Source: an uncultured delta proteobacterium (GTDB lineage: Bacteria > Myxococcota_A > Polyangia > Polyangiales > Houyiibacteriaceae). Taken from it: a stretch of DNA of 64,000 nt. Below, one piece after another: positions 52,682-62,297 of this stretch; within the stretch, counting starts at the first letter, position 1, and each line of letters starts with the position of its first letter. The position numbers and the translations under genes are program-made. A model generated the notes under the pieces. The model saw only the letters and a program-made list of their open reading frames with translations, ran no database searches and had not been told where the DNA came from. Location of the stretch: positions 96,001 through 160,000 of the forward strand of contig CAVOVB010000007.1 of NCBI GenBank assembly GCA_963699755.1, read 5' to 3'.

Positions 52682-53244
52682 GGCGTGGCCTCCCGCGTCG
52701 GACCCGAAGCAGGCACAAGGCTCGCGACCTTTTGGGGTGGGCCAGGGTACCCGGTCGTGGCCGCGTTTTCCGGGATGAGGTACCAGGCGCTGATAACCAG
52801 TCGGATCACCGCCGCGTAGATCGCGTTCAACAGGCCAATGCTGCTGTCGCGCAAACGCCCGAGGGCGCTCTCGGCATCTTCCAACGAGGCTTTGGACCAT
52901 GCAGACCACTGACCCGTCATCAGCCCGCGGCTCGGGCCGAAGCTGAGAACGTCGAAGGCCTGGTGGACGCCTGCAACCACCGGCTCCGAAAGGTCCACCA
53001 ACAAGGTGTCGAACGATTGCAGGGTCTGGTCGATGGCCGCGGTATCTCCTGGCGCGATCTTGCCCTTCATTACCGCAGGCGCGAGCGCACGCAGAAGCTC
53101 CACGTCTTCGGGGCGAAGACGCTGCATGCCAGAGGCGGGTCGAGGGGAGGTACAGCCCGACAAGGCCGCGCCTGCGCTCATCATCGAGAGCGCGGCGGCC
53201 CCCGCCACAGACAGCTTCAAAAAATCGCGTCGGTCAGTTTCCAT
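52678..53244 (-). CDS. Twin-arginine signal accessory protein of the GMC enzyme (LaoB-like)
   Basis: DRRDFLK Tat motif, LSGC, C-terminal GYPGPP. Confidence 0.75.
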   Translation of the reverse strand: METDRRDFLKLSVAGAAALSMMSAGAALSGCTSPRPASGMQRLRPEDVELLRALAPAVMKGKIAPGDTAAIDQTLQSFDTLLVDLSEPVVAGVHQAFDVLSFGPSRGLMTGQWSAWSKASLEDAESALGRLRDSSIGLLNAIYAAVIRLVISAWYLIPENAATTGYPGPPQKVASLVPASGPTREATP

Positions 53245-53301
53245 GAGTGAGGAAAGTGTACCCACAAAGGCAGGCCTCCGGTCCAGCAGAAAACACTCCG
53301 T

Positions 53302-54030
53302 CTAGCCGTGCGAGCTGCGAACGAAATACTCGCTCATCGTGACACTGGTGATCTTCCAAATCGGGAGAAAGGCGGCAACGCTCTGCGCCATGATGCCCAT
53401 GTTCTTGAGGAGCTCGAATCGATTGCTAGCCCCATAAAAGAGGTATGGATTGGTCATGTGCTCGGGCGAGGGCCAGGATTCCTCGACGATTCCCTCGTAC
53501 GGAAACGCGCCGGGGGTGAGTACCTCCTCGACCAGATTTCGCACATACCGCGCGCGGGGCTGCATCTTTTCCGACATCGGCCCCTGACGATTAAACCAGT
53601 GCCGCATCCAGCGATCCTTGGGCATGCGTTTGGGACGCTCGAGCGGGGTCACCGAGACGACGTACGGCGAGCGTTCTCCGTCGGGCCAGTCGCGCGGCCT
53701 GCCGTGCCGGTTGCCGCCATAGTCGGTGTACAAGTGCTCGCGGACGCGGTAGCCGGCGATGTCGAAATCCGCGTCGAGCAAGACCGTCTCGAGTGCGCCA
53801 ACGACGTTCATGCTGTCCACCCAGAGGCTGACCTCGGCCGAGAATGGATCGCTGAGCTTGGTCGTTGGCGTCGGTGATGGGACGGTAGCGAGGTCGTCGT
53901 CGATGTTCATCAAGAGGTACCGGGCACCTGAATCGAGAAGCTTTGGGGCACAGCCGTCCAAGAGAGCAACGCGTCGCTCCGCAGGCTCCATCGGCCGTCG
54001 GGGCCAGAGCAGGTAGATGAGCTTGATCAT
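53302..54030 (-). CDS. EthD-like dimeric alpha/beta barrel protein
   Basis: RYVRNLV, YEGIVEESWP; ATGA overlap with the upstream HSD. Confidence 0.55.
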   Translation of the reverse strand: MIKLIYLLWPRRPMEPAERRVALLDGCAPKLLDSGARYLLMNIDDDLATVPSPTPTTKLSDPFSAEVSLWVDSMNVVGALETVLLDADFDIAGYRVREHLYTDYGGNRHGRPRDWPDGERSPYVVSVTPLERPKRMPKDRWMRHWFNRQGPMSEKMQPRARYVRNLVEEVLTPGAFPYEGIVEESWPSPEHMTNPYLFYGASNRFELLKNMGIMAQSVAAFLPIWKITSVTMSEYFVRSSHG

Positions 54031-55091
54031 TGGGCTGCCTTCAGTCGCTCGTGCGTCGCACGAAACTCGTCCATGAGCTCCGGAATGCCTCTTGCCGCGC
54101 TGGTTCGCGGCTCGTAGCCGAGATGCTTGCGCGCCTTGTCGACGCGGAATGAAGCGTCCCGACACACCGAGAGCACGCCGCGACGCGTGAGCATGGGAAA
54201 TGGGGCGCCGAAATAGTGCGCGAGCTCTCCGAGCTGGGCGATGGCATACGCGACCGAAAAGGGAATGTGGAGCTTTGGCCAGCGATACCCGAGCCCTTCG
54301 ACGATCGGACGATACCAGAGCACCGGATTGGTGGGCTCGTCATCGCTCACGAAATAGGCCTGGCCGCCCACGAGCTCCGGATCGTCGGTGAGCTTGGCCG
54401 CCACCAGAAGGTGCACGTCCACGACCGAGTCGACGTGGACATTGTCGGTCACCGACTTCCCGCTCCCGATCATGATCTTGAAGTCGCCCGCAGCGAGGTG
54501 CTCTAAGAAGTCCTGCACCATCATGGCGCCCTCGCCAGGGCCCCAGATGCCGCCGGGCCGAACCGCTGCCGTCCGAAGCCCATTCGGGTCGTTCGCCTCG
54601 AGGACCATCTTCTCCGCCTGGCTCTTGGTCTGCGAATAGAGATCGGGGAGCCCGTCGGATCCGACGTACGGAGCCGTTTCGTCGCCTTCGCGAATCGGGC
54701 CATCGACTGCAACGGTGATCGAGCTGGTGAAGACGAGCTTCTTCACGCCGGCCGCCTGACAGGCAAGGATCAGGCACCGGGTACCGAGCACGTTGACTCC
54801 GTAGACCTCTCGACGAACGCTCGCGCGTGCAAGCGTCAAGGTGTTGATGATCGCGGCGGTGTGAAAGACCGTATCGACGCCTTCGCAGGCTGGACGGACA
54901 TCGCTCATTCGTCGGACGTCGCCCACGATTCCCTTCACTCGCGAGTCGCCCTGAAAAGGCTCCAGATCGAAGGCTCGAACTTCACATCCTAGATCTAAGA
55001 GTCGGCGCACGAGATGCTTGCCGACGTAGCCATTACCGCCGGTCACCAGACAGACGGGACCGACCTGATTCGGATCGACGGGTAGCAGCAT
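54027..55091 (-). CDS. 3-beta-hydroxysteroid dehydrogenase/isomerase family (extended SDR)
   Basis: TGGNGYVG, VFHTAA, FTSS, YSQTK, RPGGIWGPG. Confidence 0.8.
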   Translation of the reverse strand: MLLPVDPNQVGPVCLVTGGNGYVGKHLVRRLLDLGCEVRAFDLEPFQGDSRVKGIVGDVRRMSDVRPACEGVDTVFHTAAIINTLTLARASVRREVYGVNVLGTRCLILACQAAGVKKLVFTSSITVAVDGPIREGDETAPYVGSDGLPDLYSQTKSQAEKMVLEANDPNGLRTAAVRPGGIWGPGEGAMMVQDFLEHLAAGDFKIMIGSGKSVTDNVHVDSVVDVHLLVAAKLTDDPELVGGQAYFVSDDEPTNPVLWYRPIVEGLGYRWPKLHIPFSVAYAIAQLGELAHYFGAPFPMLTRRGVLSVCRDASFRVDKARKHLGYEPRTSAARGIPELMDEFRATHERLKAAQ

Positions 55092-55137
55092 GAGTAGCTA
55101 CCGAACTTGAACCGGCATGCTAGCTTGCGCAATCGCT

Positions 55138-56757
55138 ATGAGCAGTCTCACGCCAATCGTGCTGGAGGATGTGGACGGCGCGCACTGGGACGAGCTGGCG
55201 GACCTGGTCGTGGTAGGCCTGGGTGCAGCGGGCATCGCGGCCGCCGTCGAAGCGCGGGAACGCGGCGCCGACGTGCTCCTCTTGGACCGATTCCAAGGAG
55301 GCGGCGCCACCGCGATCAGTGGGGGCGTATTCTATGCCGGGGGCGGGACGCACATCCAGGAAGCGGCCGGTGTCCAGGACACGGTCGAAAACATGTACCG
55401 CTACCTGTCGATGGAAGTGCAGGACGCGGTTTCCCCGGAAACGCTGCGTGACTTTTGCGAAACGAGCGCAGCGAACGTGAGGTGGCTGACCGATCGCGGC
55501 GTTCCCTTCTTGCCCAACCTCTGCCCGGTCAAGACTTCTTATCCCACGAGCGAGTACCATCTCTACTACTCCGGAAACGAGATCTTTCCTCCGTACAGCA
55601 CAGAGGCAAAGCCGGCACAGCGCGGCCACCGTGCCGACGGCGGCGCGTTTCCCGGGGCCAAGATCGTCGAGCCCCTCCGCGAAACCGCCATCGCGGAGGG
55701 AGTGCGAATCGAGCTTCAAGCGCGTGTCTGCCAGTTGATCGTCGATGCATCCGGCGCCGTGGTCGGTGCCGAGTACCGACAGATTCGGTCCGCTCTGTGG
55801 CGAGGCCTGCACAGGCGTTTGCACGAGCTCGAGACGAGCATCGCGAAGATCGCGCCAAGGCTCGCAGCCTGGCTCCGCGGACGCTGCGACGCCATCGAAG
55901 CCAAGCATTCGGCACCCAAACGCGTCCGATGCCGCCGCGGGCTGATTCTCAGCGCCGGGGGTTTCGTCTTCAACCGTGAAATGGTCGCCGAGCACATTCC
56001 CGAGTTCGTCCCGGGCTTGCCGCTCGGCACCGCTGGCGATGACGGCATCGGGATTCGACTCGGCCAGAGCGTCGGCGGCAAGCTCGAGCAAATGCACCGT
56101 GCTTCGGCATGGCGTTTTCTCTATCCGCCGAACGCGTTCGCTCAAGGCGTGCTCGTCAACGACAAGGGCGAACGCTTCGCAAACGAGTTCTGGTACGGGG
56201 CCAAGATCGGCGAAGCGATGGTCGAGGAGAACCACGGTATCGCCACTCTCGTCATCGACGAGGAGCTCAAGAAGCTGGCCCAACAGCAGTCCAAGAGGGG
56301 CGAGCTCCAGTGGTTTCAACGAGCCGCCGCGCTCATGAACCTCTACCTAAATTGTAAAAAGGCCGAAGACGTCGAAGCGCTCGCCAAGATGCTTCATGTG
56401 CCACGCGAAAACCTACAAAAGACGCTGGACGAGAACAACGCGGTCGCTCAAGGCATTCACGCAGATCGCTTCGACAAAGCCCGCGATAGCGTACATCTGC
56501 TGCGCAAGGGTCCGTACTACGCGATCGATTGCTCCCTCGGCTCGAAGCGACACCTCTGCGCGGTCATGACCCTTGGCGGCCTCGCGGTCGACGAGAAGAC
56601 GGGCCAAGTCCTGAGCGAGAACGGAGGCGTGGTTCCCGGCCTATACGCTGCAGGCCGCAATGCCGTCGGAATCTGCTCCCGACAGTACGTGAGCGGTTTG
56701 TCGATAGCCGACTGCATCTACTCGGGCTTGCGCGCCGCGAGGCACGCGATTCAATGA
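55138..56757 (+). CDS. FAD-dependent 3-ketosteroid dehydrogenase family (delta4-5alpha/TesI-like)
   Basis: VVGLGAAG, GGATAISGG, KTSYP..LYYSGNE, TLGGL, GLYAAG, YVSGLSIAD. Confidence 0.7.
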   Translation: MSSLTPIVLEDVDGAHWDELADLVVVGLGAAGIAAAVEARERGADVLLLDRFQGGGATAISGGVFYAGGGTHIQEAAGVQDTVENMYRYLSMEVQDAVSPETLRDFCETSAANVRWLTDRGVPFLPNLCPVKTSYPTSEYHLYYSGNEIFPPYSTEAKPAQRGHRADGGAFPGAKIVEPLRETAIAEGVRIELQARVCQLIVDASGAVVGAEYRQIRSALWRGLHRRLHELETSIAKIAPRLAAWLRGRCDAIEAKHSAPKRVRCRRGLILSAGGFVFNREMVAEHIPEFVPGLPLGTAGDDGIGIRLGQSVGGKLEQMHRASAWRFLYPPNAFAQGVLVNDKGERFANEFWYGAKIGEAMVEENHGIATLVIDEELKKLAQQQSKRGELQWFQRAAALMNLYLNCKKAEDVEALAKMLHVPRENLQKTLDENNAVAQGIHADRFDKARDSVHLLRKGPYYAIDCSLGSKRHLCAVMTLGGLAVDEKTGQVLSENGGVVPGLYAAGRNAVGICSRQYVSGLSIADCIYSGLRAARHAIQ

Positions 56758-56802
56758 CCCCGCCAAGTGGGGAGAACCACTTGTTGACTGGCCCTTGTGA
56801 GC

Positions 56803-58649
56803 TCAGCAGCCCTTGGCCGTAAGCGTCCCCGACGCGGTCGTGTAGGTCGCATCCAAGACATTGGATTCTTCGTCGTAGGACCAGTCGTCTTGGGAAAGGG
56901 TGGTGCCATCCAGACTGACAGCGCAGACATCGATCGGTTGCGAAAGCGTCCTCGTCGACGCCTCGAGATGGGCGGTGCGTTCCCTGCCGTTCTGCATGCT
57001 GAGGGTCCACGACCCCTCGGCTTCCGCGCTCGTCCACGAGCCATCGTCGTAGAACTTGCCCGACGTTTCTCCGCGCGGGAAGGCGAGGACGTGCAGCAGC
57101 TGGTCTCGGTCAGACGCATGGACGATCTCGGGGTCGTCGCCGTACTCGGCCAGCGCGAAGACGTCGGGCGCCAGCATCGGGATGACGGCGCCAGCCTTCA
57201 CGAATATCGGAATCTCGGGAATTGGCGCCGCAACCGTAACCGATCGCATCCCCTCGTGCAGCTCGGCAGCCCCCAAGTCGAAGGTGCCGCCCAGCTCTCC
57301 GTAGGTTACCGTCCGCCACCATTCGACCCAGGTGCCTTCGGGCAGATACGACAGCTCACGATCGGTGGCACCCTGGACGTAAACCGGCGCCACGAGGATG
57401 TCCGGACCAAACATGTACTGGTCATCGCGTGCGGTTGCTTGCGCATCGCCAGGGTGGGTAAGCAGGTGGTGCTGCATGATGGGCATTCCCGTGGCGTAGT
57501 ACTCATGAGCCGCCGCCTGGATGTACGGATACAGCTGGGTGTGGAGCTTCGTCCCTGTAGCGCCGTCCTCGGAGACCGCGTCCAGCGGCGTGTACTCGCC
57601 AAAGTCCTCCATCCAGCCATCATAGCCATGCTCGATCGCTTCATCGGTCAGAGTCTCGTACGCGGACACTCCGTTTTCCGCGGCGAAGTCGAACTGGCTC
57701 ACCGGGAAGCTGTTCTCGACGTTGGTGCTGTAGTCGTAAACGTATGTCCGACCGTCCTGGTCTTTGATGAGCGCATCCAAGGCTTCGGCGTCGCTGAACG
57801 CAGGTTCATAGCTGACGCAGATCATCGGGTTGAAGTAGGTGTGAATCGCCACGCCCATGTCGTGGTTGGCGGCGGTTCGAGCCTTCTGAGCCTCCTCGTT
57901 TCCCTGCTGAGAACCGCAGGGCAGGTAGTGAGTGTAGGTCGCATTGAGCGAGGTGGGCACATCGTCGAGGCGTGCCTCCAGCGCGTTCCCCAGGGCGGGA
58001 GTACCGTCCGCATGATGAAATACTCGCCAAGATCGTAGTAAGGCCCATCGGCGACGTAGTGCTCGAGTATCCAGCCCGCTTGGTTGACCGCGTTGCTGCG
58101 TTCACCAAAGCCAACGAACCGCTCCTCTTCCTCCGCCAGGAACCCAATGCCAAGTGCCTGCACGCCATCGGCGCTCGATGGCCGCACCGTGACCTCGATC
58201 ACGCCGTCGGACTCAGGCATTGCGACGAGCTCCAGCTTGCGGCCTGGGTCCGAGGTCGCAAGCGTCGCCACGTAGGATTCTCCCTCGTACGCGTACGACT
58301 CGACCGCGACAGCATGTACCCAGCCGCTGTCGCGCAGAGGCGGCACTGCCGGCTGGCCATCGTCAAGGGGCGGCAAGGTCGACTCCTGGCCGTTGCCGGG
58401 AGGCGGCGGACCGAGGTGCATCCCCAGACTTCCGCTCGGACCATCCCCGAGCTCGGGCAGCTCGACGAGCACCGGTGCGCCTCGAGCGTCGACGAACGTC
58501 ATGTTCCAAGGAGACTCGGTGACGCGCATTTTCAGGGCGCCCGAATCGAGGGTCCAATCATTGCCCGACGGAGCGTCGCTATTGGTGCGGCATCCACCAA
58601 GCGCGGGGGTCAGCAGGAAACCAAGTACGACGAAGCCAAGCAACCGCAT
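56803..58649 (-). pseudogene. Glycoside hydrolase family 31 lipoprotein, internally deleted and frameshifted
   Basis: LGGC lipobox, GFGER, YFNP, GWMEDFGE, LYPYI, DQYMFGPDILVAPV, YLPEGTW, IPIFVKAGAVIP; frame break near 57975; segment after the nucleophile is missing. Confidence 0.75.
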
Positions 58650-58699
58650 CTTCCACTCCCGAAACCGACGATTCCGGCGCCGAGTCTCGCCCCGGGGCG

Positions 58700-59107
58700 C
58701 TAGCGCACGCCGCTGCGCCGTTGCCGCGCGCGCATGCTGAGCTCGACGAGACTAATCACGACGAGCACCGAGGCCAAGCTCCAAAGAATCACCTGTCCGC
58801 GAAGCGGCATCCGCAAGTCGCCAAAGAGGAGCCAGCCCGTGAGCACGAGGCCGCCGGAGAGATTGATCGCAACGGCCCCGCCAAGCCCGAGACCCAGGAG
58901 CTGTCCCTCCCCGCGGACAGCTTCCCAAACCAGAGCGATCCCGATTCCGAATAGCACCGCTCCGAGAATGGTTGGATAAAACGCCGTATCGGACGCGGGA
59001 AGACCCAACCAGTCCGCAACGGGATGGAAGCATAGAAGCGCGACGCCCAGCAGGAGGTTGATGAAACCGTCGACGAACAGAACAAGTGCGCGTCGGGGGT
59101 TTGGCAT
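58700..59107 (-). CDS. Hypothetical four-TM membrane protein
   Basis: Four hydrophobic helices; FYPTILGAVLFGIG. Confidence 0.6.
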   Translation of the reverse strand: MPNPRRALVLFVDGFINLLLGVALLCFHPVADWLGLPASDTAFYPTILGAVLFGIGIALVWEAVRGEGQLLGLGLGGAVAINLSGGLVLTGWLLFGDLRMPLRGQVILWSLASVLVVISLVELSMRARQRRSGVR

Positions 59108-59248
59108 GCCGCAAGACGATACCACTACTCTCGGGAGGACGCAGAGCACGGCTTCGGTCTCAGATTTCACCCTGAAATCATATGGGAAAGCACTCGATTG
59201 AATGGCCGGCGCCAAGGAGCGTCTATCGCGAGAGAGAGGACTTTGGCC

Positions 59249-59683
59249 ATGCGACTTACAATGAATAAACGCCCCACATGGCTTGGGATCGCGCTGTTCG
59301 CCTCCATGCTTTCAGGCTGCATCTTCATCGGGGACTACGAAGACGTCTTCGAGCCCCAATCCAAAGCGATTACCTACGAGGTCTGCTATTCGAACGTCGA
59401 TTGCTTCGCAGGCGAGTATTGCGAAGAGCTCGCATTGCCGCGCGACCGCTACACCGACTTCGTCAATGCGATTTGCACGGTCGGCTGCTTCGACGACCTC
59501 GATTGCCCCATCTCCGAATTCAATGGCCTCCCGGGCGCATGCGTGGACCATGCTATCCTCGGCGGCCCGATCGGCCCGCGCCTGTGCATCGAGCGCTGTG
59601 AAATCGACGCGGACTGCGACGTGGCCGCCGGCTTTGGCTGTGAGTTCATCGCCGGCGACCGGCTCTGCGTCCCGATTCGATGA
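59249..59683 (+). CDS. Cys-rich lipoprotein (myxobacterial-type CxxDxDC repeats)
   Basis: LSGC lipobox; CYSNVDC, CFDDLDC, CEIDADC. Confidence 0.75.
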   Translation: MRLTMNKRPTWLGIALFASMLSGCIFIGDYEDVFEPQSKAITYEVCYSNVDCFAGEYCEELALPRDRYTDFVNAICTVGCFDDLDCPISEFNGLPGACVDHAILGGPIGPRLCIERCEIDADCDVAAGFGCEFIAGDRLCVPIR

Positions 59684-59746
59684 GCCGGCTGGGGTCGACA
59701 CTGTGCTAGGGGCGCTATGGTAGTCTTCGAAGCAAGGAAGGCATCC

Positions 59747-60406
59747 ATGGCAACGGTACTCATCACCGGCGCGAACAGGGGCATCGGTCTCGAGCTCTGC
59801 CGACAACTCCGCGGCCGGGGCGACGAGGTTGTGGCCCTTTGTCGGAAGGGCAGCCCGGAGCTCGAAGCGCTTGGCGTTCGACTCTTCGAAAAGGTGGATG
59901 TCACGGACCCCGCGGCACTGGAATCGGTGTCGCAGGAGCTCGGCGACACCAAAATTCACATCCTCATCAACAATGCGGGGATCTTCGGGAACGAATCCTT
60001 CGATCGCCTCGACTTCGACCGGATCCGCGGGCACTTCGAGGTCAATGCCCTCGGCGCCCTACGGGTCACATCGATCATGTCTCCCCATCTCGTGAAGGGC
60101 TCCAAGGTCATCCTCATCACGAGCAGGATGGGTTCGATCGGAGACAACGGCTCGGGCAGCTACTACGGCTACCGAATGGCGAAAGCAGCCTTGAACATGG
60201 CCGGGGTCAACCTCGCGCACGACTTGCGCGGCAGAGGCGTTTCCGTCGCGATCCTGCACCCGGGCTTGGTCGCTACCGAAATGACCGGCCGTCATGGCAT
60301 TCCCCCTGCGGAGTCGGCCAGGGGCCTGATCTCGCGAATGGACGACTTGCAGCTGGAGAGCTCCGGGACGTTCTGGCACGCGAACGGTGAACGGCTCCCC
60401 TGGTAG
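59747..60406 (+). CDS. SDR oxidoreductase, CsgA/sniffer-like subfamily
   Basis: TGANRGIG, INNAG, TSRMGSI, YRMAK, LHPGLVATEM, C-terminal LPW. Confidence 0.85.
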   Translation: MATVLITGANRGIGLELCRQLRGRGDEVVALCRKGSPELEALGVRLFEKVDVTDPAALESVSQELGDTKIHILINNAGIFGNESFDRLDFDRIRGHFEVNALGALRVTSIMSPHLVKGSKVILITSRMGSIGDNGSGSYYGYRMAKAALNMAGVNLAHDLRGRGVSVAILHPGLVATEMTGRHGIPPAESARGLISRMDDLQLESSGTFWHANGERLPW

Positions 60407-60469
60407 GAGAGCCTACACAGTCACACATGTCACCCTGGCAGGCCGGATGCCAGTTTGTTTCACTGAGAT

Positions 60470-61228
60470 GTGGGCAAAAGAGCGAAGACCGCACTTGGGG
60501 TTTGCCTGCTCATTGCGGTGACCACGCTGACTGCTTGCTTCGTGGACCGCTCAGGTCTCCCTGGCCTCGACGGGCCGGGGCCGCGTGCCAGCTGTACGCC
60601 CAGATGCGAGAACGGCGGCGTTTGCGTCGTCACCGACTGCTTCTGTGAACCGGTCGACTACATGGGCCCGAGCTGCACGGAATGGATCGACGACTGCTTA
60701 GAGGTCGATTGCATGCACGGCGAGTGTCTCGATCGCGTTCGCTCAGCGTCATGCGACTGCAACGAGGGATGGGCGATCGACGAAAGCGGATTGTGTAGTG
60801 TTCAGCTTCTGAGCTGCGCCACGCCCAATGCCTGCGTCCATGGGGACTGCGATGACAGCTCCGGTACGGTGGTCTGCACCTGTGAATCAGGGTTTGAAGG
60901 CACGAACTGCAACGTCCCCGTGGGCTGCGGAAGCCCACCGGAAGGTCCGCCCCACTCCGAGACTGGCGATATCACTGGCACCGAGTTCGGCGACGTCGTG
61001 GTCTACAGCTGCAAGTGGGGATTCGGACCGGGCTTTGACAGCATCGCCTGCCAAGGCGATGGCAACTGGGAGACACCCGTGCTCGAGTGTGACGACATCG
61101 ACGAGTGCGCCTGGGGCGTCGGTTTCTGCAATCCATTCGGCACGGAGAGCTGCGAGAACCAGGACGGAGGGTACGAGTGCCACTGTATGGATGGTTGGAG
61201 CGGAACCTACTGCCACCAATGGGAATGA
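60470..61228 (+). CDS. Lipoprotein with EGF-like repeats, a Sushi/CCP-like domain and a calcium-binding EGF domain
   Basis: LTAC lipobox; CENGGVC, IDDC..CMHGEC, CVHGDC..CTCESGFEG, CGSPP..YSC..C..GNW..C, DIDEC..C..C.N..GGYECHC. Confidence 0.75.
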   Translation: MGKRAKTALGVCLLIAVTTLTACFVDRSGLPGLDGPGPRASCTPRCENGGVCVVTDCFCEPVDYMGPSCTEWIDDCLEVDCMHGECLDRVRSASCDCNEGWAIDESGLCSVQLLSCATPNACVHGDCDDSSGTVVCTCESGFEGTNCNVPVGCGSPPEGPPHSETGDITGTEFGDVVVYSCKWGFGPGFDSIACQGDGNWETPVLECDDIDECAWGVGFCNPFGTESCENQDGGYECHCMDGWSGTYCHQWE

Positions 61229-61280
61229 GCGCCCCCTGACGGTTGTCGCCCGCAGCGAGATCCGTCAAGCTGCCAGGCCT

Positions 61281-62297
61281 GTGTATGCCGACTGGGAAAG
61301 CCTACCAACGGAGGAGCTCCTCGACGTTCGCCTGAGCGACCTCGGTCTCAGCATTGAGAATACCTGGCTCGAGGACTGTGTGGAACGACTCCGGGAAGAG
61401 TTTGCGGGCGCAGGGCTTCGGCGATTTCGAGTCCACTTCTGGCTCAGCGACGAATGGTGCTCGCCAGACGGAATCCCCGGGATCGGAGTACCGTTCTATC
61501 TCGCACATCCACGGTTGATGCGTCTCGAACGCCAAATGATGTTCGAGGTGGAGGGCGGCACTCGGGCGGAGTGCATGCGTCTTTTACGCCATGAGGCTGG
61601 ACACGCCTTGCAGCACGCATACAAGCTTCAACGAAGAAGCCTTTGGCAGCGCGCATTCGGCCGAGCGTCAGAGCCATACCCTGACTTCTATCGACCCAAC
61701 CCCTCGAGCAAAGATTTCGTGGAACACCTAGACGGCTGGTACGCGCAGGCTCACCCAGTCGAGGATTTCGCCGAAACCTTCGCGGTTTGGCTTGCCCCGC
61801 GCTCGAACTGGAAGACCCAGTATGCAGATTCCAGAGCACTCGAAAAGCTAGAGTATGTCGACGCGCTCGCCGCCGACCTCTCGATGAAGAAGCCGCAGGT
61901 CCGCTCCCGCGCCCGTCCCTATTCTCTTCCGCAGCTCCGCCATACGCTTCGACGTCACTATGAGCGACGGCAGGATCACTACAGCCCTGGGTTTAGCGTC
62001 GAGTACGACCGGGACTTGCTCAAGATCTTCAGCGACTCCGCCCGCTATCGGAACAACGAGACTGCGGCGTCGTTTCTGCGCCGAAATCGGCGACAAATTC
62101 GGGAACAAATATCCCTTTTCACCGGGGAGTATCAGTTCACCGTCGATCAGGTCCTTCGTGATATCATGGGACGGTGTCGGGAGCTGAGGCTCCGACTCAC
62201 CAGGGGGGAGCGTCAGACGAAGCTCGACTTTGCCATCATGTTGACGGTGCACACCGTGCACCTTCTGCACCGGCGGGATACATGGCATCCACTCTAA
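61281..62297 (+). CDS. Putative zinc-binding metallopeptidase (HExxH); start uncertain
   Basis: LLRHEAGH, YAQAHPVEDFAETFAVWL, PFYLAHPRL. Confidence 0.75.
   Translation: MYADWESLPTEELLDVRLSDLGLSIENTWLEDCVERLREEFAGAGLRRFRVHFWLSDEWCSPDGIPGIGVPFYLAHPRLMRLERQMMFEVEGGTRAECMRLLRHEAGHALQHAYKLQRRSLWQRAFGRASEPYPDFYRPNPSSKDFVEHLDGWYAQAHPVEDFAETFAVWLAPRSNWKTQYADSRALEKLEYVDALAADLSMKKPQVRSRARPYSLPQLRHTLRRHYERRQDHYSPGFSVEYDRDLLKIFSDSARYRNNETAASFLRRNRRQIREQISLFTGEYQFTVDQVLRDIMGRCRELRLRLTRGERQTKLDFAIMLTVHTVHLLHRRDTWHPL

Noticed and set aside
55120..58038. Long opposite-strand ORFs (e.g. 55120..56319, 56797..58038; also 9626..10756, 39973..41166)
   Set aside because: They are antisense shadows of recognisable genes, expected at high GC, with no motifs of their own.
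59747..60406. Calling this the C-signal gene csgA
   Set aside because: The subfamily is widespread, and orthology cannot be established without a phylogeny.
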